Source: an uncultured bacterium (GTDB taxonomy: Bacteria > Muiribacteriota > Ozemobacteria > Ozemobacterales > Ozemobacteraceae). Taken from it: a stretch of 35,277 nucleotides of DNA. Every line of letters begins with the position of its first letter. The stretch's first letter is position 1. The stretch covers positions 1 through 35,277 of the forward strand of contig CAZKPI010000003.1 of the NCBI GenBank assembly GCA_964554555.1. Reading direction: 5' to 3'. The notes under the pieces are model-generated. The model ran no database searches, was not told the origin of the DNA, and worked only from the letters and a program-made list of their open reading frames with translations. A program made the position numbers and the translations under genes. Below, in pieces: positions 7,290 through 15,500 of the stretch.

Positions 7290-8438
7290 TCATCCGAGCC
7301 GGCAGGAAATCAGGGTCTGGTCGTCGGGGGCGGCGTATCGCTGGAGGTATTCCGTGATGACCGGCAGGGGATCCCTGGCCGCCGCGGCGGATCCCTGCTC
7401 CAGGACGCGGGCCATCCATCCCGGGGGGTGTCCTCCCGCGGTGTGCGTTTCCAGCTCGGTGATGCCGTCGCTCATGAGAAGAAGGGTTTCGCCGGCGGCG
7501 AGATCCAGGAGGGTTTCCGGATACCTGGAATCCGGCTGGAGCCCGAGGGGGAACGTTCCGCCCAGACGGATTGCCTCGAACGCTCCGGGGCGGACCCGGA
7601 ACAGGCCCTCCTGCCCCGCCGTGGCCGCCGTCGCCTGGCGGCGGACGGGGTCGATCCGGACGGCGGCGGCTGTGACGAAGAGGGTGAACCGCTCCTGGAT
7701 GAACCGGGTCAGTCGTTGATTGAGCCTCTCCAGCAGGACCCCAGGGGAGAGAGTGGTCCGCAGTTCGTCGGCGACGAACCCGTGCATCAGGGGGACGAAC
7801 TGGCCTGCGGCCACTCCCTTCCCCATGACGTCTCCGAGCACGATCCACCCGCCCTGCGGGTCGGGGGAGACGATTCCGAAATCCCCGCCCACCACCTGGC
7901 TCTGGCGATTCCAGAACCGGGTGGAGATTCCGTTGAACTCCAGTTCCGGGGCGGGCATCAAGGCCTTCTGGATGCTCCGGGCCAGCTCCATCTGCAGGTC
8001 GATCCGGCTCTGCCGGGCCATCAGCTCCTGGTTCTGCTGTTGGATGGTCGCTTCGGCCTCCCGGCGTGCCGTGATGTCGGAGATCACCATGATGGAACCG
8101 ATGAATTCGCGGGTATCGGAAAGGATGGGGGAGGCCGTGATCGAAAGCCAGCGGGTGCCGACCGCCACCTCCTGGCGGAACGGCTTTTCCGGAGACACCC
8201 CTTTCAGGACCTCCTCCACCTTCCACGGGCATTGATGGCAGGCGTGGATGGTCTTGCCCGACATCTGGACCAGGGCCTTGCCGAGGGCCGCCTCGGCCTG
8301 CGGATTCATGTACACGACCTGGTGGTTTTGGTCCGCCACCACCAGGCCTTCCCCGGTTGAACCGAACAGATGGCGGGTCCAGGGAATGGAAAAGAAATCG
8401 GTCAGGCCGACCGGACGGCAGATTTCCGGGGATTCCAC
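7290..8438 (-). CDS. PAS-domain PP2C/SpoIIE-family serine phosphatase (RsbU-like)
   Basis: 382-aa ORF with a GTG start. N-terminal PAS (GLVVADQNHQVVYMNPQAEAALG ... GSIMVISDITARREAE), a coiled linker, then PP2C motifs (VVGGDFGIV, VLGDVMGKGVAAG, LLLMSDGITE). It starts 16 nt after the radC stop. Confidence 0.85.
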   Translation of the reverse strand: MESPEICRPVGLTDFFSIPWTRHLFGSTGEGLVVADQNHQVVYMNPQAEAALGKALVQMSGKTIHACHQCPWKVEEVLKGVSPEKPFRQEVAVGTRWLSITASPILSDTREFIGSIMVISDITARREAEATIQQQNQELMARQSRIDLQMELARSIQKALMPAPELEFNGISTRFWNRQSQVVGGDFGIVSPDPQGGWIVLGDVMGKGVAAGQFVPLMHGFVADELRTTLSPGVLLERLNQRLTRFIQERFTLFVTAAAVRIDPVRRQATAATAGQEGLFRVRPGAFEAIRLGGTFPLGLQPDSRYPETLLDLAAGETLLLMSDGITELETHTAGGHPPGWMARVLEQGSAAAARDPLPVITEYLQRYAAPDDQTLISCRLG

Positions 8439-8454
8439 GGGTGGGAGGTTCCTT

Positions 8455-9195
8455 TCATGGGAGGAGGCCTTGCTCGCGAAAGCTGAAATACCCGGCTCCT
8501 TCCCGTCCGAGGATCACGTGGTCGAGGAGCCGGAGTTCAAGGGCCCGGGCGGCAGAATCGAGCCGCCGGGTGATCTCGAGGTCGGCCGGGGAGGGGCGGA
8601 GGGCCCCCGAGGGGTGGTTGTGGGCGACGATGATTCCCGTGGCATGGATGGCCAGAGCCCTCTGCATGACCTGGCGGGGATAGACCGCCGTCTGGTCTTC
8701 GGTGCCGATGGACAGGGACTCGTCCTTGACGATGCGGTTGGCGTTGTCGACGAAGATGGCGCGGAACTGCTCTACCGGGAGGTTGGCCATGGTTCCCCCC
8801 AGGTAGGCGACCAGATCGGAGGCTTGGGAGATCGTTGGAGTGGATCCGTAGGCCTTTTTCTGCAGGATCCTTCCGGAGAGTTCGCGCAGGAAGGCCATGA
8901 ATTGGGCCGTCGCCCTCTTGACGCCGGGGATGGCGGTGAGGCGTTCGGGGCTGGCCGTGAACACCCCTGGCAGGTCGTGGAATTCGCGCAGAAGGGCTTT
9001 GGCGATCGGCTTGGTGTCGATGCGGGGCCGGATGTAGAACAGGAGCATCTCGAGGACTTCGTGGTCGGCGAACCCGGTCAGGCCGGCCTGGTCGAAACGC
9101 TCGAACAACCGGGAGCGATGTCCCTCGTGGCCGCTGGGAACAGTGGGGGCGGTTGCCCGTTTCCTGCCGGGAGGGGCCTCCGGTCGGCGGGGCAT
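8455..9195 (-). CDS. radC: RadC-family JAB/MPN-domain protein
   Basis: 246-aa ORF. JAMM motif HNHPSGALRPSPADLEITRRL, with an N-terminal helix-hairpin-helix-like region (LSDHEVLEMLLFY type). ATG at 9195, 7 nt after the upstream gene stop. Confidence 0.9.
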   Translation of the reverse strand: MPRRPEAPPGRKRATAPTVPSGHEGHRSRLFERFDQAGLTGFADHEVLEMLLFYIRPRIDTKPIAKALLREFHDLPGVFTASPERLTAIPGVKRATAQFMAFLRELSGRILQKKAYGSTPTISQASDLVAYLGGTMANLPVEQFRAIFVDNANRIVKDESLSIGTEDQTAVYPRQVMQRALAIHATGIIVAHNHPSGALRPSPADLEITRRLDSAARALELRLLDHVILGREGAGYFSFREQGLLP

Positions 9196-9202
9196 GGCGG
9201 GC

Positions 9203-10039
9203 TCAGAGGGATGGCAGCCCGTGTTCGACCACGAAGACGTTCGAGTACAGGCTGGCGAGAATCTGTTTGCCGTTCTGGGTGAGGCTCAGGTAGGGGATGA
9301 TGTCCTTGATAAACGGGTAGACGCTGTTCCAGTAGAATTTCGGGTAGCAGTCGCGAAGGTCGGCCGGGGTGGTGTAGCCCAGTTTTTCGTTGACCCCCGT
9401 CTCTCCGAATTCGTGGAACAGGGCGGCCACCTTCTTGAGGTAGCGGGGATCGCTCAATTGGTCGATCAGGTCAGAGGCCCGCAGGAAGCCGGCGAAATCC
9501 TCGGTTTCCTGTTCGTCGGTTTCCTCTGGCACCGGAAACCGGGTGAGTTCGATGTTGCGCTTGATCTGGCGGGCATTGATGAGCTTGTGGTTGGAAAACC
9601 GCTCGTCGATGAACAACTTGGCCCGATCGACGTGATACGGGGTCAGGGCGGCGTCGGTTGCCCCCGGGGGGAGAGTGACGGTGCGGCCTCCTTTCCCGGT
9701 GGCATAGCGTCCCGGACGGTCGCCCTGGCAGACCCCCTTTACGTAGCCGATGTCGTGGCAGACCAGGGAGACCACGAAGTTCAGCCAGTCCTGGCTGGTC
9801 ACCCCGCCCTCGCGAATCTGCTTTCCCCGCAGGATCTCCTGCCCGACCATGGTGACGAGAACGGTGTGTTCGACATTGTGATAGAGCGCATCGCTGTTGG
9901 CGATGTTTTCCAGGGCCATACTGCCGGCCCAGCCGATGATGTCGGCGTAGTCCGGGTTCATTCCGCCGAATGTACGCCGGTATCCCGCCTGCAATTGGCG
10001 GATGAACTCGTCGATCATGTGTTCCATCGGGTTGAACAT
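9203..10039 (-). CDS. HD-domain metal-dependent phosphohydrolase
   Basis: HD signature YHNVEHT ... CHDIGY. The ORF track begins at a TTG (10054). I prefer the ATG at 10039 (MFNPMEH) because GAGGA lies 4 nt upstream. Confidence 0.75.
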   Translation of the reverse strand: MFNPMEHMIDEFIRQLQAGYRRTFGGMNPDYADIIGWAGSMALENIANSDALYHNVEHTVLVTMVGQEILRGKQIREGGVTSQDWLNFVVSLVCHDIGYVKGVCQGDRPGRYATGKGGRTVTLPPGATDAALTPYHVDRAKLFIDERFSNHKLINARQIKRNIELTRFPVPEETDEQETEDFAGFLRASDLIDQLSDPRYLKKVAALFHEFGETGVNEKLGYTTPADLRDCYPKFYWNSVYPFIKDIIPYLSLTQNGKQILASLYSNVFVVEHGLPSL

Positions 10040-10075
10040 GGGGTCCTCTTCCAAATGCTTTTTTCAGGTTGGGGT

Positions 10076-10104
10076 AGTCTACCAGGAAAATAGGGATGCC
10101 GCAA
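10076..10104 (-). promoter_or_regulatory. sigma70-type promoter for the HD-radC-PP2C block: TTGCGG-17-TAGACT with extended TG
   Basis: On the minus strand: TTGCGG (10104-10099), a 17-nt spacer, then TGgTAGACT (-10 at 10081-10076). Confidence 0.55.
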
Positions 10105-10190
10105 CCACATGAAACTATGCGGGTTTCCCGGGTGCCCGGAGGAAAGGTGTTTCCGGTTCGGCACCTGCGAGGGTGGATTTTCCCAGGTCG

Positions 10191-10199
10191 TGTTACCAT
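10191..10199 (+). promoter_or_regulatory. possible extended -10 promoter for pilT (TGtTACCAT)
   Basis: TGTTACCAT at 10191-10199 with no good -35. It would give a leader of about 118 nt. TACCAT recurs as a -10 element elsewhere in the window. Confidence 0.35.
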
Positions 10200-10323
10200 A
10201 TCAGGGTGGGCCGGGACGGGAGGGGAGTCACCGGCTCAGTCAGGCGCCCCATTCGACCGATACCAGGAGGGCCGGCCGGTTTGACGGGCCGGGCCATCAT
10301 CCTACGTCCCAGGAAGGGAAGGC

Positions 10324-11400
10324 ATGGACGAGCAATTGGCGGAAATCCTGGCCCAGTGCAAAAACCTGGGGGCCTCCGATGTCCATCTCCGGGTCGGACT
10401 CCCACCGGTCTTCCGGGTGGGCGGGAAGATTCAGATCACCAGGGGGACCCCCCTGGAGAATGACGTATTGAAGCGGTTTTTTGAAAAAACCGCCCCGGCC
10501 GTCACCCACAAGATGCTGGACACCCAGCGGGACGTGGACTATTCAGTCTCCCTTCCGGGAGTCAGCCGGTTCCGGGTCAACTGCTTCCATCAGAGGGGAC
10601 GACTGGCCTTCGTTTTCCGTCAGATCCCCTTCAGCCTGCCCACCATTGAGTCGGTCAAGCTCCCTCAGGTCATCATCGATGCCGTTCAGCGGCCGGCCGG
10701 CCTGCTCCTCCTCTGCGGCCCGACCGGGTCGGGCAAGAGCACCACCATCGCCGCCCTGCTGCAGCACATCAATGCCAACCGCCAGGTCCGCATCGTCACG
10801 CTGGAAGATCCCATCGAGTTCCTGTTTCGCGATGAGAAGAGCGAGTTCCTCCAGCGGGAAATGCGCCGCGACTTCACCAGTTTTCCCGAGGCCCTGCGGG
10901 CAACCCTGCGCCAGGATCCGGACATCATCATGGTCGGTGAGATGCGGGAGACCGAGACCATCGAGTTGGCGTTGACCGCCGCCGAAACCGGCCACCTGGT
11001 CATCTCCGCCCTGCACGCCAGCAGTACGGCTTCGGCGGTGGCCCGCCTCCTGGGCATGTTTCCCGCCGACGCGCGCGAGTTCGTTCGCGACCAGTTTTCT
11101 GCGGTTCTGATCGGCATCGTGGCCCAGGCCCTCATCCCCGCGCGCAAGGACCCCGCCGTCCGCCTGGTTGCCCGTGAGATCCTGATCAACAACTCCGGTA
11201 TCTCGAGCCTGATCCGCAACGAGAAGCACGAGCAGATCCCCATGTTCCTCGAGAACGCCACCGATGCCGGGATGGTTTCGATGAACGCCACGCTCGAGGA
11301 AATGGTGGTCAGCCGCCTCATCGACTCGGACCAGGCCTTCCCCTGCAGTCCGGATCCCGAAGCCCTGCTCACCCGGTTCGAACGGAAGGGGATCATATGA
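10324..11400 (+). CDS. pilT: type IV pilus retraction ATPase PilT
   Basis: 358-aa ORF. Walker A GPTGSGKSTT, Asp box RIVTLEDPIEF, Walker B DPDIIMVGEMRE, His box GHLVISALHASS, and a PilT-type motif GISSLIRNEKHEQI. Confidence 0.9.
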   Translation: MDEQLAEILAQCKNLGASDVHLRVGLPPVFRVGGKIQITRGTPLENDVLKRFFEKTAPAVTHKMLDTQRDVDYSVSLPGVSRFRVNCFHQRGRLAFVFRQIPFSLPTIESVKLPQVIIDAVQRPAGLLLLCGPTGSGKSTTIAALLQHINANRQVRIVTLEDPIEFLFRDEKSEFLQREMRRDFTSFPEALRATLRQDPDIIMVGEMRETETIELALTAAETGHLVISALHASSTASAVARLLGMFPADAREFVRDQFSAVLIGIVAQALIPARKDPAVRLVAREILINNSGISSLIRNEKHEQIPMFLENATDAGMVSMNATLEEMVVSRLIDSDQAFPCSPDPEALLTRFERKGII

Positions 11401-12443
11401 TCGATACGCTCACCCAGATCGTGACCAAGGCCCTGGAAATGGGGGCCCACGACGTGCATCTCAAGGCGGCCTTTCCCCCCATCGTGCGGGTCGCTGGCGA
11501 GATCCGGCGCCTCGAGTTTCCCCCCACCTCCCCCAAGGATATGGAGCGGCTGGTGATTCAGATCCTTGACGAACGGCACCGGCAATCCTTCAAGACTCGC
11601 GGCCAGATTGACTGCTCCTTCGAACTGGCCAATGGGTTCCGGGCCCGCGGCAACATCTTCCTCCAACGCAACAGTCTCGCCCTTTCCCTGCGCCTCATCC
11701 CAGGGAAGCCGCCGACTCTCAGCCAGCTCGGCTTTTCCAGGGAGACCATCGACCTGCTGAAGAAGACCAGCCGGGGCATGGTCCTCATCACGGGGGCGAC
11801 CAACTCGGGAAAGTCGACCACGGCGGCCAGCCTCATCGAAACCCTGGCCCAGGAAAACTCCCTCCACATCATCACCATCGAGGACCCGATCGAGTATGTG
11901 TTCGGGCCCTATCAGAATTCGATCGTCAGCCAGCGGCAGGTCGGGGAGGACGCCGCCACCTTCCACCAGGGCCTCACCTCAGCCTTGCGGCAGGACCCCG
12001 ACGTGCTGTTCGTCGGCGAACTGCGCGATCCCGAGACTGTCGAAACCTGCCTGAAGGCCGCCGAGACCGGCCACCTGGTGGTGGGAATCATGCGCACGGC
12101 GGATGCCATCCAGAGCATCCTGCGCCTCATCAACATCTTCCCCTCCCACCAGCGCGACAACATCCGGTTTATGCTCTCCAGCTGTCTGAGGGTCATCCTC
12201 TCCCAGGCTTTGCTTCCTCTGGCCACCCGCAAGGGGCGCGCCCTGGCCTTCGAAGTCCTGCCCATGCCCCCGTCGGTCTGCAACCTTATCCGACAGAAGA
12301 AGATCCACGAGATCAGCTCCATCCTGCGGGTCGGCCGGCGGTCCGGATGCATTCCCATAAACCTCTCCATCCAGGACCTGGTGAAGTCGGGTCAGGTCAA
12401 GCCCTCGGATGTGCCGCCCGAGCTGAGGGTCGAGGGGAAGTAG
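11397..12443 (+). CDS. PilT/PilU-family ATPase paralog with altered His box
   Basis: 348-aa ORF whose start overlaps the pilT stop (ATGA). Walker A GATNSGKSTT, Asp box HIITIEDPIEYVF, Walker B DPDVLFVGELRD. The His box reads GHLVVGIMRTADA: the second His is replaced by Arg. Confidence 0.85.
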   Translation: MIDTLTQIVTKALEMGAHDVHLKAAFPPIVRVAGEIRRLEFPPTSPKDMERLVIQILDERHRQSFKTRGQIDCSFELANGFRARGNIFLQRNSLALSLRLIPGKPPTLSQLGFSRETIDLLKKTSRGMVLITGATNSGKSTTAASLIETLAQENSLHIITIEDPIEYVFGPYQNSIVSQRQVGEDAATFHQGLTSALRQDPDVLFVGELRDPETVETCLKAAETGHLVVGIMRTADAIQSILRLINIFPSHQRDNIRFMLSSCLRVILSQALLPLATRKGRALAFEVLPMPPSVCNLIRQKKIHEISSILRVGRRSGCIPINLSIQDLVKSGQVKPSDVPPELRVEGK

Positions 12444-12502
12444 GAGACCGCGAAGCCCCCGACCCCTGGGCGGCCGGCCCCCGGCAAACCGGCGCACCGC
12501 GT

Positions 12503-12532
12503 TTGACAAAGGGACGGCTGGAATCCTACCAT
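12503..12532 (+). promoter_or_regulatory. sigma70-type promoter for the giant membrane protein gene: TTGACA-18-TACCAT
   Basis: Perfect -35 TTGACA at 12503-12508 and TACCAT at 12527-12532. SD GGAGG (12581-12585) lies 8 nt before the ATG at 12594. Confidence 0.5.
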
Positions 12533-12593
12533 CGTCCTGACGAGAGCCGGAATCTGACATATCGGCTCCAGGCCAGAGGGGGAGGTACCCACA

Positions 12594-15500
12594 ATGTCGG
12601 GAATCCGTTTGTCCTGCCGCGCCGGCTGGTGCATGCTCATCCTGGTGATTTGCCTGTCGGGGATGGGTTTCCCGGCCGTGATCGCCCAGACCGAACCGGC
12701 TGGTCCCGAGCCGTTCGCCGCCCCGGTCCGCAGTGGCGGGCGGTTGTCGGCCAACATCCGGTACATCCCGTTCGCCGATCTGGAAGAGACCTTGCTGGCC
12801 AATCCGCGAGGGATGCTCATTCCTCGCGTCGAGTTCGAGCGGCTCAAGCGGGACAAGGAGGCCTACCTGGCCCGCTCTCCCGCCAGTCCCCTGCCCCGCC
12901 TTGATGCCGATTTCGTCCAGGGCCGGTCCGCCCTCATCGGCACCATCACCGAGAAGGTGGGCCGGTTCGAGGCCGAGTTTGTCTTCGAGATGCCCAACGA
13001 CCGGTGGGCGCTTTTTCCTCTCCCCGGCGGGGACATCGGCCTCGAGCAGGTGACCCTCGACGGGCGGCCGGTCGGCGTGACCGTACAACGCTTCTCCGGG
13101 ATCCACGACGCCGAGGCACCCAAGGGGCAGGTGGAGATCCTTCAGCAGAAGCGGAAAACGGCGGTCCCGCCCACCCGGCGCCCTTCCCTCGTCACCGGCC
13201 GCCGCGGGGCGGCGAACGACTTTCTCCTGGCCGTGCGCGGGGTCGGCCGCCATACGGTGAAGGTCGTCCTGGTCTGCCCGCAGGTCGATGACCCCGAACG
13301 CAGTGAATTGACCTTCCGCATCCCACGCATGCCCATGAATACGTTCTCCGTCACCCTCGACACCCCTGGCCAGTTCGGGGAAGTCGACCGGTCTGAAGGA
13401 ACCCGCTGTCGGGACGACGACGGACATACCGTGGTCGAAGGCGTTCTCGGTCCCACCGACCGGTTCACCATTCGCTGGGCCCCACGGTCCGGGCCTGGCC
13501 TGGTCGAACCACCCCCCGAGCCGCCGCCCGGTGAGATGGCTTCCGCCTCCGAACCAGCCCCGGAACCGGCGCCCGCCCCGACGGCACCCTCCGAACCGCC
13601 CCGGGTCTATGCTGACAGTGCCACCCTGCTGTCGGTCGGCGAAGGGTTCATCCGTTCCGATGCCCAGATCCGACTGCGCATCGCCCGTTCCGGCATCGAC
13701 GGGATCTCCCTCCTCCTGCCGTCGGGCACCGAACTGCTGGACCTGCAGTCGCCCAGCCTGGAGAGCCATCGCCTTGAGGCCCTGGCTACTGCCACCCGCG
13801 TCGTCTGCGTGTTTTCCTCCCAGGTTCGGCAGTCCTGCGAACTGTCGATGGTCTGCGATACCAAAATGGCCGAGACCACCCAAACCGTTGGCTTGCCCGT
13901 CCACCGCCTGGAAGGGGTTGAGCGCGACGCTGGCTTCATCGGCGTCGAGGCCCGCACCTCTATCGAGATCCGCAAGGGCGCCGAACCTCGCTCCGACCTC
14001 CAGGTCTCCGAGGTGGACGTCACCGACCTGCCTCCCGACCTCACCCGCCGTGCCATCCGGCCAATCCTCCTGTCCTACCGGTACTTCACCCCTCCCGTCG
14101 ATCCAGCCGTGGCCGTCCAGGTCATCCGGCACAGTGACGTCGAAACCCTGACCGCTGTCATCGACCATCTGCGGGCGACCACGTTCCTCGGCTTGAACCG
14201 GCAGGCGCTGACCAGCCTCGACCTGGAGGTGAAAAACAACGGGCGCCAGTATCTCGAAACCTGGCTGGCTTCCGGCGCTGAGATCCTCTCGGCCCAGCTG
14301 AACGGAGCCCCCGTCAAGCCCTCCAGCCGCGGGGATTCCTCCTACCTGATTCCATTGGGTGGCGGCAGTGCCCGCCGGTCCGCGGCCAGCGCCTTCCGGG
14401 TCAGGCTCACCTACCGGGCGCCCATTCCCGAATTCGGTTGGAAACGGAACTTGCGGGTGCCCCTGCCCAAGCTGGATGTCCGTACCAGCCGCCTGGAATG
14501 GACCGTCTATGCCCCGGAATGGAACGCTTTGTTCCTTCTGCCCTCTGACGTCGAGCGGGTCTACGAGAAGGCGGTGTTCCATCCGTTCTCCCTGCTGGCC
14601 GAGGTGTGCGAAGCTCTGGCCCAGCCCCTCCTGCTTCTCATCCTCCTGGTCCTGTGGCTGGCCAAGCGCTTGTGGAACTGGGTGACCCAGCCCGCCCCTG
14701 ACCAGGAGAAGACCGGTTTTGCCTGGGGCCGCGCCCTGGGCAGTCTCGCCGTTTTGGGAGGACTGATCGCGCTCATCGCCGCCATGACCGCCTCGATGGA
14801 GACCCGGCCGTCCAGGATGTTTGGCACCGTCACGACGGCCCTGCGCCAGCCCGCGATCTACTCCCCGCCCCAGGAACAGGAAGTCATGATGGACGAGGAG
14901 CCCAGGTCCGACGGGGCCTGGCAGGACGTCCGCCGGGAATCGGCCGGCATGGCCTTCAAATCGAAGGGGGATGACCTGAGCCTGTCCAACGCCCCGTCGT
15001 CGGCCCTCGCCGGCGGAGCGGCCGCCCCTTCCCCGTCTGCCCCCCCGCCATCGAAACAGCGGATGAAGGCCGGCCGGGACCGGGGTGCCCTTCCTGTCGA
15101 CCCGATCATCCCCCGCACCGACAACTCGGTCTTCGTCACCCGAAACGATATTGCCGCCCTGGAAACCCCCACCCTGCGGGTCTTTGTGCTGTGGGAACCG
15201 GTGCGTTTCGCCCTGACCTTGGGGCTTGCCCTCGCCGGACTCCTTGTCTTCCTGGTCGTGCGCGCCCTGGCCCGGCGCGGGCGGGGATTCCTCGCCTGGC
15301 TCGTGACCCTGGGGTACTCCGCCGTCCTCCTGGCCCTGGAGGAGCGGTTCCCCGGCCTGCAGGATCCCGGCCTCCTGGCCATCGCCGCCTGCGCCGGCGG
15401 AATCATCCTCTGGCGTGTGTATGCGTACCTCCGTGTCTTCGGCGGCGGGAAGACCGCCGTCGCGGTTCTGCTTGTGCTGGCGGTTCCCGCCGCGGGGGCG

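Noticed and set aside
6265-8360. + strand ORFs (6265-7719, 6374-7357, 7254-8360) and a minus alternative frame (7228-8232) overlap the secreted orphan and the PAS-PP2C genes.
   Set aside because: They are low-complexity antisense or alternative frames. The chosen frames have a signal peptide with a strong SD, and PAS plus PP2C motifs, respectively.
10133-10170. An imperfect hairpin in the pilT upstream region (GGTGCC CGGAGGAAAGGTGTTTCCGG TTC GGCACC). I considered it as a possible c-di-GMP riboswitch.
   Set aside because: It does not match the conserved GEMM-I or GEMM-II cores as I recall them. It lies upstream of the putative pilT -10, so it is probably just intergenic secondary structure.
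10686-11966. A 426-aa minus-strand ORF spans the two pilT genes.
   Set aside because: It is antisense to two genes with complete secretion-ATPase motif sets and has no features of its own.
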